Shown here one piece after another: positions 1-13,445 of a stretch of 64,000 nt of DNA. The notes under the pieces are model-generated. The model did no database searches. It was not told where the DNA came from and was given only the letters and a program-made list of their open reading frames with translations. A program made the position numbers and the translations under genes. Source of the stretch: Octopus bimaculoides (Eukaryota); assembly GCF_001194135.2 (NCBI RefSeq), contig NC_068992.1:8182328-8246327 (forward strand). Reading direction: 5' to 3'. Within the stretch, counting starts at the first letter, position 1, and every line of letters starts with the position of its first letter.

Positions 1-73
1 AACAGAGACAGGATGTACTTAGCTGAATATTGATTCAAATGTACATTTTAACCCTTCACAAATTATACAACGG

Positions 74-123
<50 letters not shown>

Positions 124-3100
124 GAGAGAGAGAGAGAGAAAGAGAAAGAGAGAGAGAGAAAGAGAGAGAAGTAATTGTATGTATTTCTTATTGTTTAATG
201 ATAAAGAAGACCGTGTATTTTTATTTAATTCTTTAAAATATAGTTCACAGCAGGCGATCATATGACTAAACGTTTTGTCACCCGTGGATTCGTTATAAAC
301 GTTTACATGTCAAGACCCCTGCAATCCCATTCATCATTCACTTTATAACTGCGAGCCAAAGAACATCTAAGTCGTTAGATAGTTGAGGGTGTGGTGTACA
401 TGTATCAATAGACTGGTGGGTCACAGTCAATACTTCTGTTTGATTTTAAACCTACGTGTCAGAGATCTAGCTCGATCGAAGCTGAATTTTGGTTACGCAT
501 CAACAATGACAAAAATAAGTTTGTTATTGATCATATCTCCTTTCCGCGAGCCAACAAGTCTCCTGAAATCGGTATTAGAATCGGGATTTTCAAGGTATTT
601 AGACTAATAGTACCACACTTACAGGTCCAACTCATATCCGGTTTGTAGTTCGTCGGGAGTTAATCCCCAGGTGCTACAGGTACTCCTTTTCAGGAGCAAC
701 GTGAAATGGAGTGTCTTCCTGAATGACTCGATACGTCAACCTGTCCGAAAATCAAAGCTACAACCTAACGACCAGAAGCCCTGCACTGTAAATAGTAAGC
801 CAGGCACATTCCCTTATTGCTTCACTAAAAATCTTTTCTGCTGGCCTAGTCATTCATTCTGTATTTCGATATGCTGATATTCTGATATTCTGATATTCTG
901 CCATGAACACAGTCAGTGACTGTTGCTGAAAGGCCGTCAGTGTGAAATCACGAGCCCCAAATAAAGCGACTAACAAGAAAGAACGAAATGACTTCTCCAT
1001 TGTGTATTGTATTTCAATCGAATAACGGCTGCCTTATCCTACTTTAACTAAATTCCTAACAGGAAGTGACGCTACCGTTTCATATATGAGTGATTTATGT
1101 TAGACGAGATCAATAATTAGAAGTAGTAGCAATAGAGTTTAGTATAAAAAAGAAAAGGAAAAAAAAACAGAATCCAAGGAATTAGTGATCGTCTGCGTTG
1201 GTAAAAATTACTGTTAGCTCTCTAGAAGTCACTGAAGTGATAGAAACAGAAGTCGGCATAAAGTCACTTTGCTTCCTAAAAATAGCAACCAAATCACTCT
1301 CATATTACCCTATGTAGATAGAATAGAATTGTCATAGATGCATGGACGGCAACATTTTTTTAAAAATCAATAAATAAAGGGTCATTACAGGTATACTCTT
1401 TTGGGGATTACCTGTTGCTAAACAACAACTTGCGCGATTTCCATGCTCTCTTCTCTGTCTTGGGTCCAAATGCCGCTGAGTTTGACCGTATCTTTTCCTC
1501 TCTCTTTTGGGTAAAATCTAGTGATAGAAGCAGTAACGTACTGGGTAGAATTATCCCATTCTATTTGAACCCAACTACCTATATGAGCTAAAATTCCAGA
1601 GGACAACTTGTCATATGCAAAGGCAGGTTCAATTGAATACATTTCTTCTTCCAAATTTGAGATTGTGAGCCAATATGATACATTATTATTATTGGTACCA
1701 CCAAAGACGATAGGTGGTAGATATGGTAATGAATCCAACACAGGTCATGGCTTCTTTTTTCAAATCCTGCTGACGTCGACTTTACCTTTCTTTCTGGGTC
1801 GATAAAAATAAAGTAAGTACCAGCCATATACTATGATCGAATAGATCTCCTGTTCTCCAACCCTCTTACATGAAGTTAGTAGATGAATGTTCTAACAGTG
1901 ACACACTACTGGAGGATGAAATCATTTGCCATGGATTCACATTTTGTGACAATATTTATTTTCAACATAGAAATAAGGGTGTGGGGTAAGTTATTGTCAA
2001 TTATAGTGACTTCTGTATTTGATTGGTTCTTCATTTAACCTCTGGAGGATGGAAGATGAAGCTGACCAGAATGAGGTTTGAACGTAATGAATTTTATCCG
2101 TCGCCATTTTTACCAATCCTCTGCTCTGTAGTTAAACGTTACCCTTCATTCTTCAAGAGTAATAAAATAAATACCTGTAACGTACTGGAGGTTTATCTTA
2201 TTTTATCGACTATTCTTTTCTTCTGAATTTCTAGTCATGTGCTAATGTTAAAAATCAATATTTAAAGTCATTATAGTTAAAGATTGTCACGTTATCGAAA
2301 ATTGGGTCTTTAAATCCATTCATCGTTGATTATTGGTAATAACAGACATCAATATTCTCTATTTTCTCTCTTTAGACCGTTATTAAATAGCAGCGAGACT
2401 TGGCAGAGTTAAAGGAAAACGCTTCTCTTCCTTTGGCGGAATATTTATCGAAGACATTGCAATTGACAGTTGTTGCAACGAAGCAATATATAAAATTAGA
2501 AATATGTAATTTTTTTTTCTAAAAATCATAAAATATACAGCAGATAAAATAATTATTTTAGACAGATTTTATTAACATTAAAATAAAAATAGATTATTTT
2601 CTAAAATGAATAGGAAACTCATTCTATCTTTGGTATTGCAATATATTCCACTTAATAATGAATTTGTGACCAGGAGGCTCGGCCATCGAAACTCTATATC
2701 AAATCTATTTCAACAATAAGCTACGGGAGACATGAATATTGTTGGCTTTCGTGCTGATAAGCATACGTTTCTAAATATGGCATTGATTAGCTAAAAAGTT
2801 GTTGTTGTTTTTATGGTAGATAAATGTAGAATATCATGTGTGCAGGGAGAGGATGGTGAAAGTGGGTGCATGAAGATGATCGGCTTAAAGGGTTTTTAAT
2901 ATGCAAAAATATGGAAATATTAGACAAGAGACGAAGGGAGTGGTAGTCGAAGCTGGAAACGGCGAATTAATAATTCTTCCATTTATGAATATGATTTAAT
3001 AATATTGAACTTGTTTCATGCTGGCTTCAGAAATGTACTTCCTTAGTATCAGGTGTGGAGATGAAGTTATGGGAGGGCAGCTTAATGATTGATACATACA

Positions 3101-3214
3101 AGACATACATACATACATACATACATACATACATACATACATACATACAAAAAGATTGCTATGGAATAAATAATGAAAAAATATTTTTCTTGTTACGTAT
3201 ATATATATGTATCT

Positions 3215-4465
3215 ACTCAAGGAATATTGGTGGAACATTCCCATCAAAACGTCCACTAAAAACACCAGCTTTGATCTTAGTTTCACACTTGCTAGAAACA
3301 AAATTTTCACTGAGATATTTGAATCCTTCATCGTCTTCATTCATGGCATTAACAAAATTCTTAAACAAGCCAAATTTATGTGTAAGGGAGGAAGGTAAAT
3401 TTTCTGGGGGTCAACTAAAGGGATATATTTAACGTTGTATCTCCCTGGAGTGAAATCGCTTCTCTTTGGCCACACTTTTTCATCATAGTGATGCTTGTCA
3501 TCTCTGCTGTTCCAAATAGTAATTAACAGCTACAGTTAATTGCTGAAGGGTAAGTTATTAGCTTGCATTATGTGTATCAGTAATTGTGTGTGTGTGCGTA
3601 TACGTACTATATACTACTATATACCTAGATGCTTTGTATGCTTTGTATACCCCATTTGCAACTTAAGAAGCAAACCAATAACTTTCAAGTCCCCGCATAT
3701 ATTCCACTTGTGCTCAGAATATTTAATCAAGTGCAAAATTTTATCCATTGATTCATAAGTTTCCTTCAATCCTACAGCATGTGCTAGTGGTATTGAAGGT
3801 TTTTGACTGCCATTATGCAGCAAAACAGCTCTTAGGCTTGTTTTGCTGAAATCTATGAAGTCTCCATTCTTCAGGATTATGGCCGTACCCCATCTTACGC
3901 AGGAGTCCTTCAACGTCACAACAAAAACAAATACCGCCTTCCTCCGCAAAAAATTCATGCAATTCTGTATGCCGTTTTCGAAAATAGGAGCATTTTACAA
4001 CATCTTGTAAAAGATTCCATTGTTTCAACCTGGAGTCCAGTAGTTCTGACTTTTCATTTGTTAAACCCAAGTCTAACTAAATCGTTTAACTCAAGTTGGC
4101 TTAATAAACGAGGAACTTTTTTTGAAGACCCTGGTTCATCACAGTGATCTACTGTATCACTTGGCACACCTTCAATTGAAGTAAGTGGGAGATTCTGGAA
4201 TTGGAATATTTTCAGTAGCATGAGCAACTGGTTTTAAAGCTGAAGGGCAATCTGGATAAACAATCTTGGATTTGTTCTTCTTAGAGAAACCTGTGATGTT
4301 AGTTAAGCAGAAATAACAATCGGTATAGTAGTTTGATGTTTCGCACCATATGACTGGTACTGCAAATGGCATACTTTTCCGTTTACCATTCAGCCATTCG
4401 GTTAGTGCTATGCAGCAGTTTTTGCAACGAACCATGTGGCGCCCACAATTTATCTTGATCCCCAA

Positions 4466-4470
<5 letters not shown>
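3215..4470 (-). pseudogene. Degenerate DNA-transposon transposase, CMC superfamily, Chapaev3-type; frameshifted, truncated at both ends and split by a 118-bp insertion
   Basis: Minus-strand translation across frameshifts gives colinear motifs: VGDQDKLWAPH..C..C (4470-4410), MPFAVPVIW..DCYFCLTNITGFSKKNKSKIVYP, ELNDLVR.LGL..KSELLDSRLKQWNLL, EWRL.IDFSKTSLRAVLLHNG, ICGDLKVIGLLLKLQMGYTKH. It resumes at 3512 with WNSRDDKHHYDEKVWPKR..PLVDPQKIYLPPLHI..FKNFVNAM. The family name is from recall of Chapaev3 transposases, not from a search. Confidence 0.85.
3513..3630. repeat. 118-bp direct repeat, copy 1 (inserted inside the transposase)
   Basis: Base-for-base identical to 4920-5037 (CAAATAGTAATTAACAGC...ATACCTAGAT). 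Confidence 0.95.
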
Positions 4471-4510
<40 letters not shown>

Positions 4511-4692
4511 NNNNNNNNNNNNNNNNNNNNNNNNNNNNNNNNNNNNNNNNNNNNNNNNNNNNNNNNNNNNNNNNNNNNNNNNNNNNNNNNNNNNNNNNNN
4601 NNNNNNNNNNNNNNNNNNNNNNNNNNNNNNNNNNNNNNNNNNNNNNNNNNNNNNNNNNNNNNNNNNNNNNCAAATACACATATTTATATATT

Positions 4693-4738
<46 letters not shown>

Positions 4739-4919
4739 TCAGTAAATATATATATATATATATATGCACAAACACACACACACACATATACTTGTACGTA
4801 TGTATGTATGTGTGAATGTATGAATATTTGTACATATATATACGTATGTGGATACAAACTTCTACACACACACACGCACACACATACTATGTCTATGCCC
4901 ATACGTACACATGTCAGAG

Positions 4920-5037
4920 CAAATAGTAATTAACAGCTACAGTTAATTGCTGAAGGGTAAGTTATTAGCTTGCATTATGTGTATCAGTAATTGTGTGTGT
5001 GTGCGTATACGTACTATATACTACTATATACCTAGAT
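4920..5037. repeat. 118-bp direct repeat, copy 2 (putative donor)
   Basis: Identical to 3513-3630, including the length of the (TG)n tract. Confidence 0.95.
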
Positions 5038-5674
5038 TGGCTTATGTGTATGAATGAATATACGTATGTGTGTGCGTGTATGTATGCATGTGTGTGTATG
5101 CGCTCGTGTGTGCGTCTTTATGGGCTGATTTCGCTGTTTGGCCCATAACTTCTGTATCTTAATCTATAATACACATTTGTCGGTTATGTCTGTATATGTA
5201 TGTATGCATGTATGTATGTATGCATGTATGTATGTATGCGTGCAAGCATGCATGCATGTATATATACGTATGTGTGTATATATGTGAACGTATGTTCGTG
5301 TGCTTGCTTGGGTTCTGTATAATGAATACCTGTATTTGCGTCTAAATATTTATTTATAAGGTTGTATGTGTGCAAGATGTGTGATTGTGAGAGTGTGATG
5401 TGTAGTTTATTATCTTATAACTTGAAGCACAACCTGATCCACCCTTTAGTAAATCACACCGGTTTACAATACCGTGACGTCACGAAATAAATACAGACCA
5501 AATCCTAAACGTGAAAACCAATTGGTTATGCTGTAATGATGTATTCCAAGTTAACTGTTTCTCATTTATATGATAGATCAGAAGTTATTAATAACTTAGT
5601 ACATTTGTTTACACAACAATCTGTTTGACATAATTAACATCTGTTTAACATAATTTGACATCGTTATACACTTA

Positions 5675-6002
5675 GCCTCCAGTGGTTAGGGCAGCGGACT
5701 CGCGGTCATAGAATTGCGGTTTCGATTCCCAGACCGGGCGTTGTGAGTGTTTATTGAGCGAAAACACCTAAAAGCTCCACGAGGCTCCGGCAGGGGATGG
5801 TGGCGAACCCTGCTGTACTCTTTCACCACAACTTTCTCTCACTCTTTCTTCCTGTTTCTGTTGTACCTGTAATGCAAAGGGTCAGCCTTGTCACACTGTA
5901 TCACGCTGAATATCCCCCGAGAACTATGTTAAGGGTACACGTGTCTGTGGAGTGCTCATCCACTTGCACGTTAATTTCACGAGCAGGCTGTTCCGTTGAT
6001 CG
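5675..6002 (+). mobile_element. tRNA-derived SINE, family B (Octopus OR-like), 3' end truncated
   Basis: A-box-like CAGTGGTTAGGGC and B-box-like GGTTTCGATTCCC. The body is near-identical to the minus-strand copies at 42009, 52120 and 58272. Confidence 0.9.
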
Positions 6003-6299
6003 TAGCACAAAACATCATCGTCATCACTACAACCGACCAACACGAGCAGCAGTAGCTGCATCATCCCCGCCACCACCACGACCACCACCACCAACTCCTA
6101 TCAATAATATAAACATCACAACCCTCTTTACACCACCACACAAACAGCAACAACAAAGTCACCTCCACCATCGCTACCACCACTATCGCCACTACTACCA
6201 CCATAACTACTGTCAAAGACATCATTAACATCATCACCATCGCCATAAGCAACACTACACACAATCACTGTTACCATGACCATCACCACTAACACGATG

Positions 6300-6830
6300 T
6301 CTACAATGATTGCCTTCCTGTCAGGAAGGTCAGAGTCCTGCGTAGAAGAAAAATGTATGCCACTAAAACTGCTGCCAATTTTTGAATGGAAATAGTTTAC
6401 AGACAATGGTCTTGTCGCAGGAATTTGAATCAATGTATTGGATTCAGCATTCCTTGCAACTGCTGCACTGGAACTAAAAAATTATACAAAAACCTGAGGA
6501 TGACATTTTCAACAGCCGCCGGAAGAAATATAAAGCTGTGTATACAAGGATGATTGCTGGGGACTGCACAAAAAAGCCAAGACAGTTCTTTACTTGCATT
6601 CAAATGCCTGATCAATATTCAAACCGAAAAGACCAGAACCACGCGTGTCTCGACCAACTGTCGAAGCTGAAATGGAGCACCAAGAAGAGGCTGGTATCTT
6701 GCTACCGATGAACTACTCAGCGTCGGTGGCACCAATCGTGGTCGTCAAAAGGCCAAATAGAAAGATCTGTATCTGTGCTTGTCTAAATGACGCTTCGGAC
6801 AAGCATCAGTAATCATTCACAGTATCTGAC
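6300..6830 (+). pseudogene. Ty3/Gypsy pol remnant (protease-RT linker and RT N-terminus)
   Basis: Reads FKPKRPEPRVSRPTVEAEMEHQEEAGILLPMNYSASVAPIVVVKRPNRKICICA..LNDASDKHQ. This matches the Gypsy RT start pattern F.PKRPVP..E..G.I.PV.YS.WAAPIVVVKK.NG..RICADF.TGLNDAL. It has stops and deletions and ends at a (TATG)n tract. Confidence 0.8.
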
Positions 6831-6831
6831 A

Positions 6832-6862
<31 letters not shown>

Positions 6863-7873
6863 TGTATGTATGGTTTTTGCAAACAACTTGCAGATGCAAG
6901 TGCTACCAGTTGAAAGCTCCGCATATGGATGCTAGCTAGCAAGTTTATGGGGCCACCAGGAAAGAGTGCGCACCATTTTGGGGCCTACCTGTCGACGGCA
7001 TCATTGTGCACCGGCCCCCACCCCTCACTGAAATAAGGCCCCGCTTGCTAAATCAACTGGTTATCAGTTTTCGCTCAATATTCTTCTAGCAATATCCATC
7101 GTCTGTTTTTAACCAAATCTAGTGGCTTGCCTTTTCCACTATAGATTGGATGTTACTTATGATGGTATGTGTATGTATGTATGTATGTATGTATGTAATG
7201 TGTTGTGTGTGTGTATGTACATGTATATGTATGTATATAAACCTATTGGAAACATGTTGATTTTGGACTTTGTCATTAAATCAATAACTTCAAATCTATT
7301 TTTTCTTTCTCTAATTCTTCACAGAATGTTTGCAGCCATTTTGCTAGCGATTTGTCAAATAATATTTATCTCGATATCTTTGACTTTGCTTTTAAACACG
7401 ATTTCGTTTTCTCATTTTTTTTTTTTACTCATAACTTTCCTTTTTGTTCTGCTTCTTTCTTTCTACTTTCCTTCTTTTCTTTTCTCCTTCCTTCTTTCCT
7501 ATTTTTTTCTCAATTGAATGTCTATTAAATTCATTTTTTCCTCAACTTTCTTTCGATCTTGTTTACTTCCTTAATTTACCTTACTTTCTTTTTTTCCTGC
7601 TTTATTTGTATCTTTCCTTCTTCGTCTCCCACTTTCTTCTCACATATTCTCCCCCCTCCCCCACCTCAATTCCTTTCTCTCTCTTGATATTTCTCTTTGT
7701 TTCTCGCTTTCACTACAACCCCCATTCACCCTCACAAACAATTTAATCGCAATGAAAATATATAAAAAATATTACTGTTTGCGGCAAATGTCTTTCTATT
7801 TTTCTACTTATTATTTCTACATATAACACATGCCTTTTAATCCCCATTCTTGCGACAGACAGAATATTGTAAA

Positions 7874-7906
<33 letters not shown>

Positions 7907-7930
7907 GTTGTTGTTGTTGTTATTATTATT

Positions 7931-8132
7931 AAGGTGGCGAGCTGGCAGAATCCACGCTGGGCAAAATGCTAAGCGGTATTTCGTCTGCCGCTACGTTCTG
8001 AGTTCAAATTCCACCGAGGTCGACTTTCCCCTTTCATCCTTTCGGAGTCGATTAAGTAAGTACCAGTTACGCACTGGGGTCGATGTAATCTCTTCCCTCA
8101 AATTTGAGGCCTTGTACTTCAAGTAGAAAAGG
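7931..8132 (+). mobile_element. tRNA-derived SINE, family C (AAGGCGGCGAGCTGGCAGAA head)
   Basis: GAGTTCAAATT B-box and the GTCGACTTTGCCTTTCATCCTTTCGGGGTCGAT core shared by about 20 copies in the window. Confidence 0.9.
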
Positions 8133-8947
8133 TTATTATCATTATTATTATTATTATCGGGTCGACAAATTAAATACCAGTGAAACACTGGGGTCAATGT
8201 AATCGACTAGCCCCCTCCCCCAAAATTTCTGCTCTTGTTACAATACTTGAAACCATTATTGTTATTATTATTCCGAAAGGATGAAAGGCANNNNNNNNNN
8301 NNNNNNNNNNNNNNNNNNNNNNNNNNNNNNNNNNNNNNNNNNNNNNNNNNNNNNNNNNNNNNNNNNNNNNNNNNNNNNNNNNNNNNNNNNNNNNNNNNNN
8401 NNNNNNNNNNNNNNNNNNNNNNNNNNNNNNNNNNNNNNNNNNNNNNNNNNNNNNNNNNNNNNNNNNNNNNNNNNNNNNNNNNNNNNNNNNNNNNNNNNNN
8501 NNNNNNNNNNNNNNNNNNNNNNNNNNNNNNNNNNNNNNNNNNNNNNNNNNNNNNNNNNNNNNNNNNNNNNNNNNNNNNNNNNNNNNNNNNNNNNNNNNNN
8601 NNNNNNNNNNNNNNNNNNNNNNNNNNNNNNNNNNNNNNNNNNNNNNNNNNNNNNNNNNNNNNNNNNNNNNNNNNNNNNNNNNNNNNNNNNNNNNNNNNNN
8701 NNNNNNNNNNNNNNNNNNNNNNNNNNNNNNNNNNNNNNNNNNNNNNNNNNNNNNNNNNNNNNNNNNNNNNNNNNNNNNNNNNNNNNNNNNNNNNNNNNNN
8801 NNNNNNNNNNNNNNNNNNNNNNNNNNNNNNNNNNNNNNNNNNNNNNNNNNNNNNNNNNNNNNNNNNNNNNNNNNNNNNNNNNNNNNNNNNNNNNNNNNNN
8901 NNNNNNNNNNNNNNNNNNNNNNNNNNNNNNNNNNNNNNNNNNNNNNN

Positions 8948-9044
8948 GAAGAAGAAGAAGAAGAAGAAGAAGAAGAAGAAGAAGAAGAAGAAGAAGAAGA
9001 AGAAGAAGAAGAAGAAGAAGAAGAAGAAGAAGAAGAAGAAGAAG
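8948..9044. repeat. (GAA)n microsatellite at a gap edge
   Basis: Pure GAA run; the opposite-strand form (CTT)n occurs at 29185-29297. Confidence 0.95.
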
Positions 9045-10676
9045 ATGCTGTAATAGTAGAAATAAAAAAATAAAGGAGGAGAGGAAGAAGGGGAGAAGGA
9101 GAAGAAGGAGGCGGCGGAAGAGAAGGAGACGAGACATCAGTATCAGATTGGTACTTCATTTATTGAATCTTCTACCACTTTCGCCTCAGTATGAAGTGTC
9201 AAATTTCAGAGAGCAGGAATTAACCGGACTGCACACAGCTCTAACGGTTCTGCCAATTCGCCTCCGCCATCTTTACCTGCACATACATCATGAGGAATAT
9301 CTTTTTGATGCTTATATTACGAAACTTTAGAAAGTGTCATCATACGACAGAACATTTTGAGTATGTTTTTTCTTTTTATATCGTCTTCAATATCTATTAT
9401 TTATGAACTGTTACCAAGGTTTAACAAAACAGGTAATTTTTGAGAGAAACCACATTCTAGATTGCTGAAACGAAGACATTTACAGCTTTCAGAAGAGGAA
9501 CAGAGTAATTACCAAGTGCTAGTTAACCTCTTTAAGCCGAATATCGAATATCCAAAGATTCTCAAACCAACCATTTTCCCAAAGTCAGCAATGAACGAAT
9601 TAAAGCCAACGTTATCTTAATCCGTGTCCATACAAAATTTGGTCTCATCAAATCTCTTCATAATAATAGCAGGTTGCAAGAAGCCTTTCCTTACATTTTG
9701 CACTAAGAATGAGACAAAATGAAAATTAATTTCATAACATCCTTCCTTTTCAAAGAAATAATTGTAACTTCTGATTGGATGCTAACATCAATAAACACAA
9801 TTGCAGAATATACACTGAAAGGAAAAAAACAACAAAAACTCCATATGTACGTGTATGTGTCCTGCAGTCTATAACGCTTAACTTCTACACGTTCGTACGA
9901 TTGTGTTTGCACGCGCATGCGTGTTTGCGCTTCTGTGTGCATGTGTACATGGGTGTGTGTGTGCGGAGTGGGTGGGTGGGGGATAAGGGTGGATGGAGGT
10001 TTGTGGTAAATCTAACAGCATTCTTTCTGATGAAATATCTGCAAGTACTGGAAATTATTTGATAATGTTTCCATGTTCTATGCCGACAATTGATGCAGCT
10101 TGACGAATAATGATGGTTGGTTTCTTCGGATAGTTTATTCTGTTGTGTTTGTATTATCTTGTTTTATTCCCTCACTCTTTTACTGTCTTTTCTTTCTTTC
10201 TTTCTTTCTTTCATTCTTTCTGTCTTCCCTTCTTTCTTTCTTTCTTTCTTTCTCTCTTTCTTTCTTTCCTTCTTTCTTTCTTTCTTTGTTTTCCTCCTCC
10301 TCCTCCTCCTCCTCAACACGCATATATCTACATGTATATATATAAATATAGGTATATATATACTTACATATACATATATATGTACATATATGTGTATATA
10401 TAGTTATATATACATATTATGCACATAACATATTTAACATATATATACATGTAGATATATACAATATGTAAAGGTGTATATATATATATGTATATATATA
10501 TATGTATATATATGCATATATATATATATATATATATATATNNNNNNNNNNNNNNNNNNNNNNNNNNNNNNNNNNNNNNNNNNNNNNNNNNNNNNNNNNN
10601 NNNNNNNNNNNNNNNNNNNNNNNNNNNNNNNNNNNNNNNNNNNNNNNNNNNNNNNNNNNNNNNNNNNNNNNNNNNN

Positions 10677-10746
<70 letters not shown>

Positions 10747-11039
10747 ACGCGTGTGTGTGTGTGTGTAGTTATGTGTGTTTTTGAGTGTTACTATGTACAT
10801 TCATCTGCTTGCTCACATCCATATACCTGTGCATGTGCACATAAATGTAAAGTGTAGGCATGCATTTGCCTGCACATGATTGTATGCATGATATTCGTCT
10901 ACATTATACATACATACATGCATATGTGCGTTCGTGCGTTCGGGTGTATAATATTAACACCTTTCCAGGCTTTCGTTTACCTGCTTGAGATTTTCTCAAT
11001 GCTTTCTTGTAGATTGCTTAATGTGAAGAAGAAATGACC

Positions 11040-11205
11040 AGGAGTGGCTGTGTGGTAAGAAGCTTGCTTCCCAACCACATGGGTTCCGGGTTCAGTCCCA
11101 CTACGTGGCACCTTGGGTGAGCGTCTTCTACTGTAGCCACGGACTGACCAAAGCCTTATGAATGGATATGGCTGACGGAAACTGAAAGAAGCCCGTCGTA
11201 TATAT
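11040..11205 (+). mobile_element. tRNA-derived SINE, family A (Octopus OK-like), 5' half
   Basis: GGAGTGGCTGTGTGG A-box and GGGTTCAGTCCC B-box; ends at AAGCCCGTCGTA followed by (TA)/(TG)n. Confidence 0.9.
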
Positions 11206-12364
11206 ATATGTGTGTGTGTGTGTGTGCATGTAAGACCTAACAAGACAAAAATACATACGTAACTGTCACTTTGCGTTTGAACAAAGGTCAAAATTTTTCC
11301 CCTAAATCATGAAAATTAAATTTTCTGCAATTTTTAAATGATTTTCTTTAAATTATCTCCCTTTCTATTTGAGTGTTACTAATCATTGTCATTAGGTTTC
11401 TGTATTCTTTCTACAAGAGGCGAATTTCTCTTAATTTAGAACATGTGTGCGTAAGTGTGTGTGTGTGTATGTGTGTGTGTGTACAATTTGGTACATCATC
11501 ATCCTTATTATTATTTTATGAGCTGTCGAATAACGTACAGAAACTATTTAATTATTTATATAAACCAGTGACAGCTCTTGAGATCCATATTTACCATAAA
11601 TATCATTACACCCAGTTTATAATGAATAAAAGCTGGCATAGAAGAAGATAATATTTCAATTAGAGTCACATGAAATTAAATAGCGAACATTGATGAGTTC
11701 TTTTTCCAACATGATTTCAACATTTCTTATCTCATTTGCTGTCCTATGAACCGAAAGGTTAAACATACATATTCCATAGCGAACCGCTAACTTATGGAGA
11801 GCAAAACAGACCAATACCGGTTGCCATGCAGTGAATAGAGGGACGAACACAAAGACACAAACTGAGATATACACATATATACGATAGGCTTCCACACAGT
11901 TTCCACCTACCAATTTCATTCGCAAAACATTGGCATATTAGAAAAAACTAGTTCAATGTGACATGCAGTGGGACTGAACTGGAAATCATGTGGTTTCAAT
12001 GCGAGTTTTTTAATCATGCAGCCATGCATGAACGTATCATATATACTCTAAAACATTTCTAAAGGAAAGATAACATCTAGAATTGGATTCGATCAAGATA
12101 TTTCCAAAAATTCTTGATGAATATATTCATTGCATGTATCAGTTGCATGACACGAAAAGAATAATTCCATTTATATCATATCATATCGTGTCATCTTATG
12201 ATATGATATTTTATTACATAATGAATGACAATGCGTTATATTAAGACATCCAACCGTAAGCTGTTATGCTACCAATATTATGTAATATAAATTAGCAAAC
12301 ACTGTACTGTTATTAAATATATTATTCTCCAGCATTAAGTTTTATTGGTTTCAAATTCTAGCAC

Positions 12365-12545
12365 AGGGTCAACAAGTACGTTGTGGGGGTAAGTCGATTA
12401 TATTGACCCTCGTGCTCAGCTGGTTACTTATTTTATCGACCCTGAAAGGATAAAAAGAAACGTCGATCTCGGCGGAATTTGAACTCAGAGCCTGAGGACG
12501 GAATGCCGCTTAGCATTTTGCCCGGCGAGCTTATGATTCTGCTCT
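12365..12545 (-). mobile_element. SINE family C
   Basis: Reverse complement of the family C core (ATCGACCCTGAAAGGAT...GGCGGAATTTGAACTCAGA). Confidence 0.85.
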
Positions 12546-13381
12546 CAGCTTTTATTATGTCTTTCCTTGAATATTCTCCGACTTTTACTATATCTTTCCT
12601 TGAATATTTTCAGTTTTATCCCAAAAGCCGAGGATCCGAAATATTTTTTTCCATTCGTTATGCGGGAGTGAAGCTGGGTGAATTTGGAATTGTGTGCAAA
12701 GTTTGGAAAAGAGTCGAAGTGAAATAACTACGTTCTATCAAGACAAATAGACAAGCATCAACGCTTGGAAAATTCACAGTCCTTGTAATTCAATATGACT
12801 GAATTCGTCACAGAGTTATGTATGTATGCGTGTATGTAGGTAGATTTGCAAGCAGCTAGGTAAGTAGGTATGCTAGCGTGTATATATNNNNNNNNNNNNN
12901 NNNNNNNNNNNNNNNNNNNNNNNNNNNNNNNNNNNNNNNNNNNNNNNNNNNNNNNNNNNNNNNNNNNNNNNNNNNNNNNNNNNNNNNNNNNNNNNNNNNN
13001 NNNNNNNNNNNNNNNNNNNNNNNNNNNNNNNNNNNNNNNNNNNNNNNNNNNNNNNNNNNNNNNNNNNNNNNNNNNNNNNNNNNNNNNNNNNNNNNNNNNN
13101 NNNNNNNNNNNNNNNNNNNNNNNNNNNNNNNNNNNNNNNNNNNNNNNNNNNNNNNNNNNNNNNNNNNNNNNNNNNNNNNNNNNNNNNGTGTTTTTTCGGA
13201 TGATGAGGATTGGTAGTGGAGGTGGTGATGGTGGTTGGTAGTGGGGTAACATTCCGAGTCGATAAATAAAAATTGAATTGGATTTTTCCAAATTGTGTTC
13301 AGAGATAAAATTCTTTCAATTCCTATCGGTTTTCCCCCTTCATCTCTCATGTTCTTACTCATAGACTCTTCCTTCCTTCCT

Positions 13382-13445
<64 letters not shown>

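Noticed and set aside
412-648. Plus-frame stretch ..AEFWLRINNDKNKFVIDHISFP..GIFK|GTATTT and a minus-strand IFVIVDA* resembling an integrase motif
   Set aside because: Short, with a weak acceptor and no second supporting motif; neither an exon nor a Gypsy integrase can be supported.
2358-2505. Strong-looking splice acceptor TTTTCTCTCTTTAG at about 2375
   Set aside because: All three frames hit a stop within 12 codons, and no partner exon is identifiable.
8194-9330. Long ORFs of 270-350 aa in the track (similar ones at 28394-29479, 35444-36436, 38533-39443, 48220-49179, 56125-58452)
   Set aside because: They are open only because they cross N-gaps and simple repeats; there is no coding evidence.
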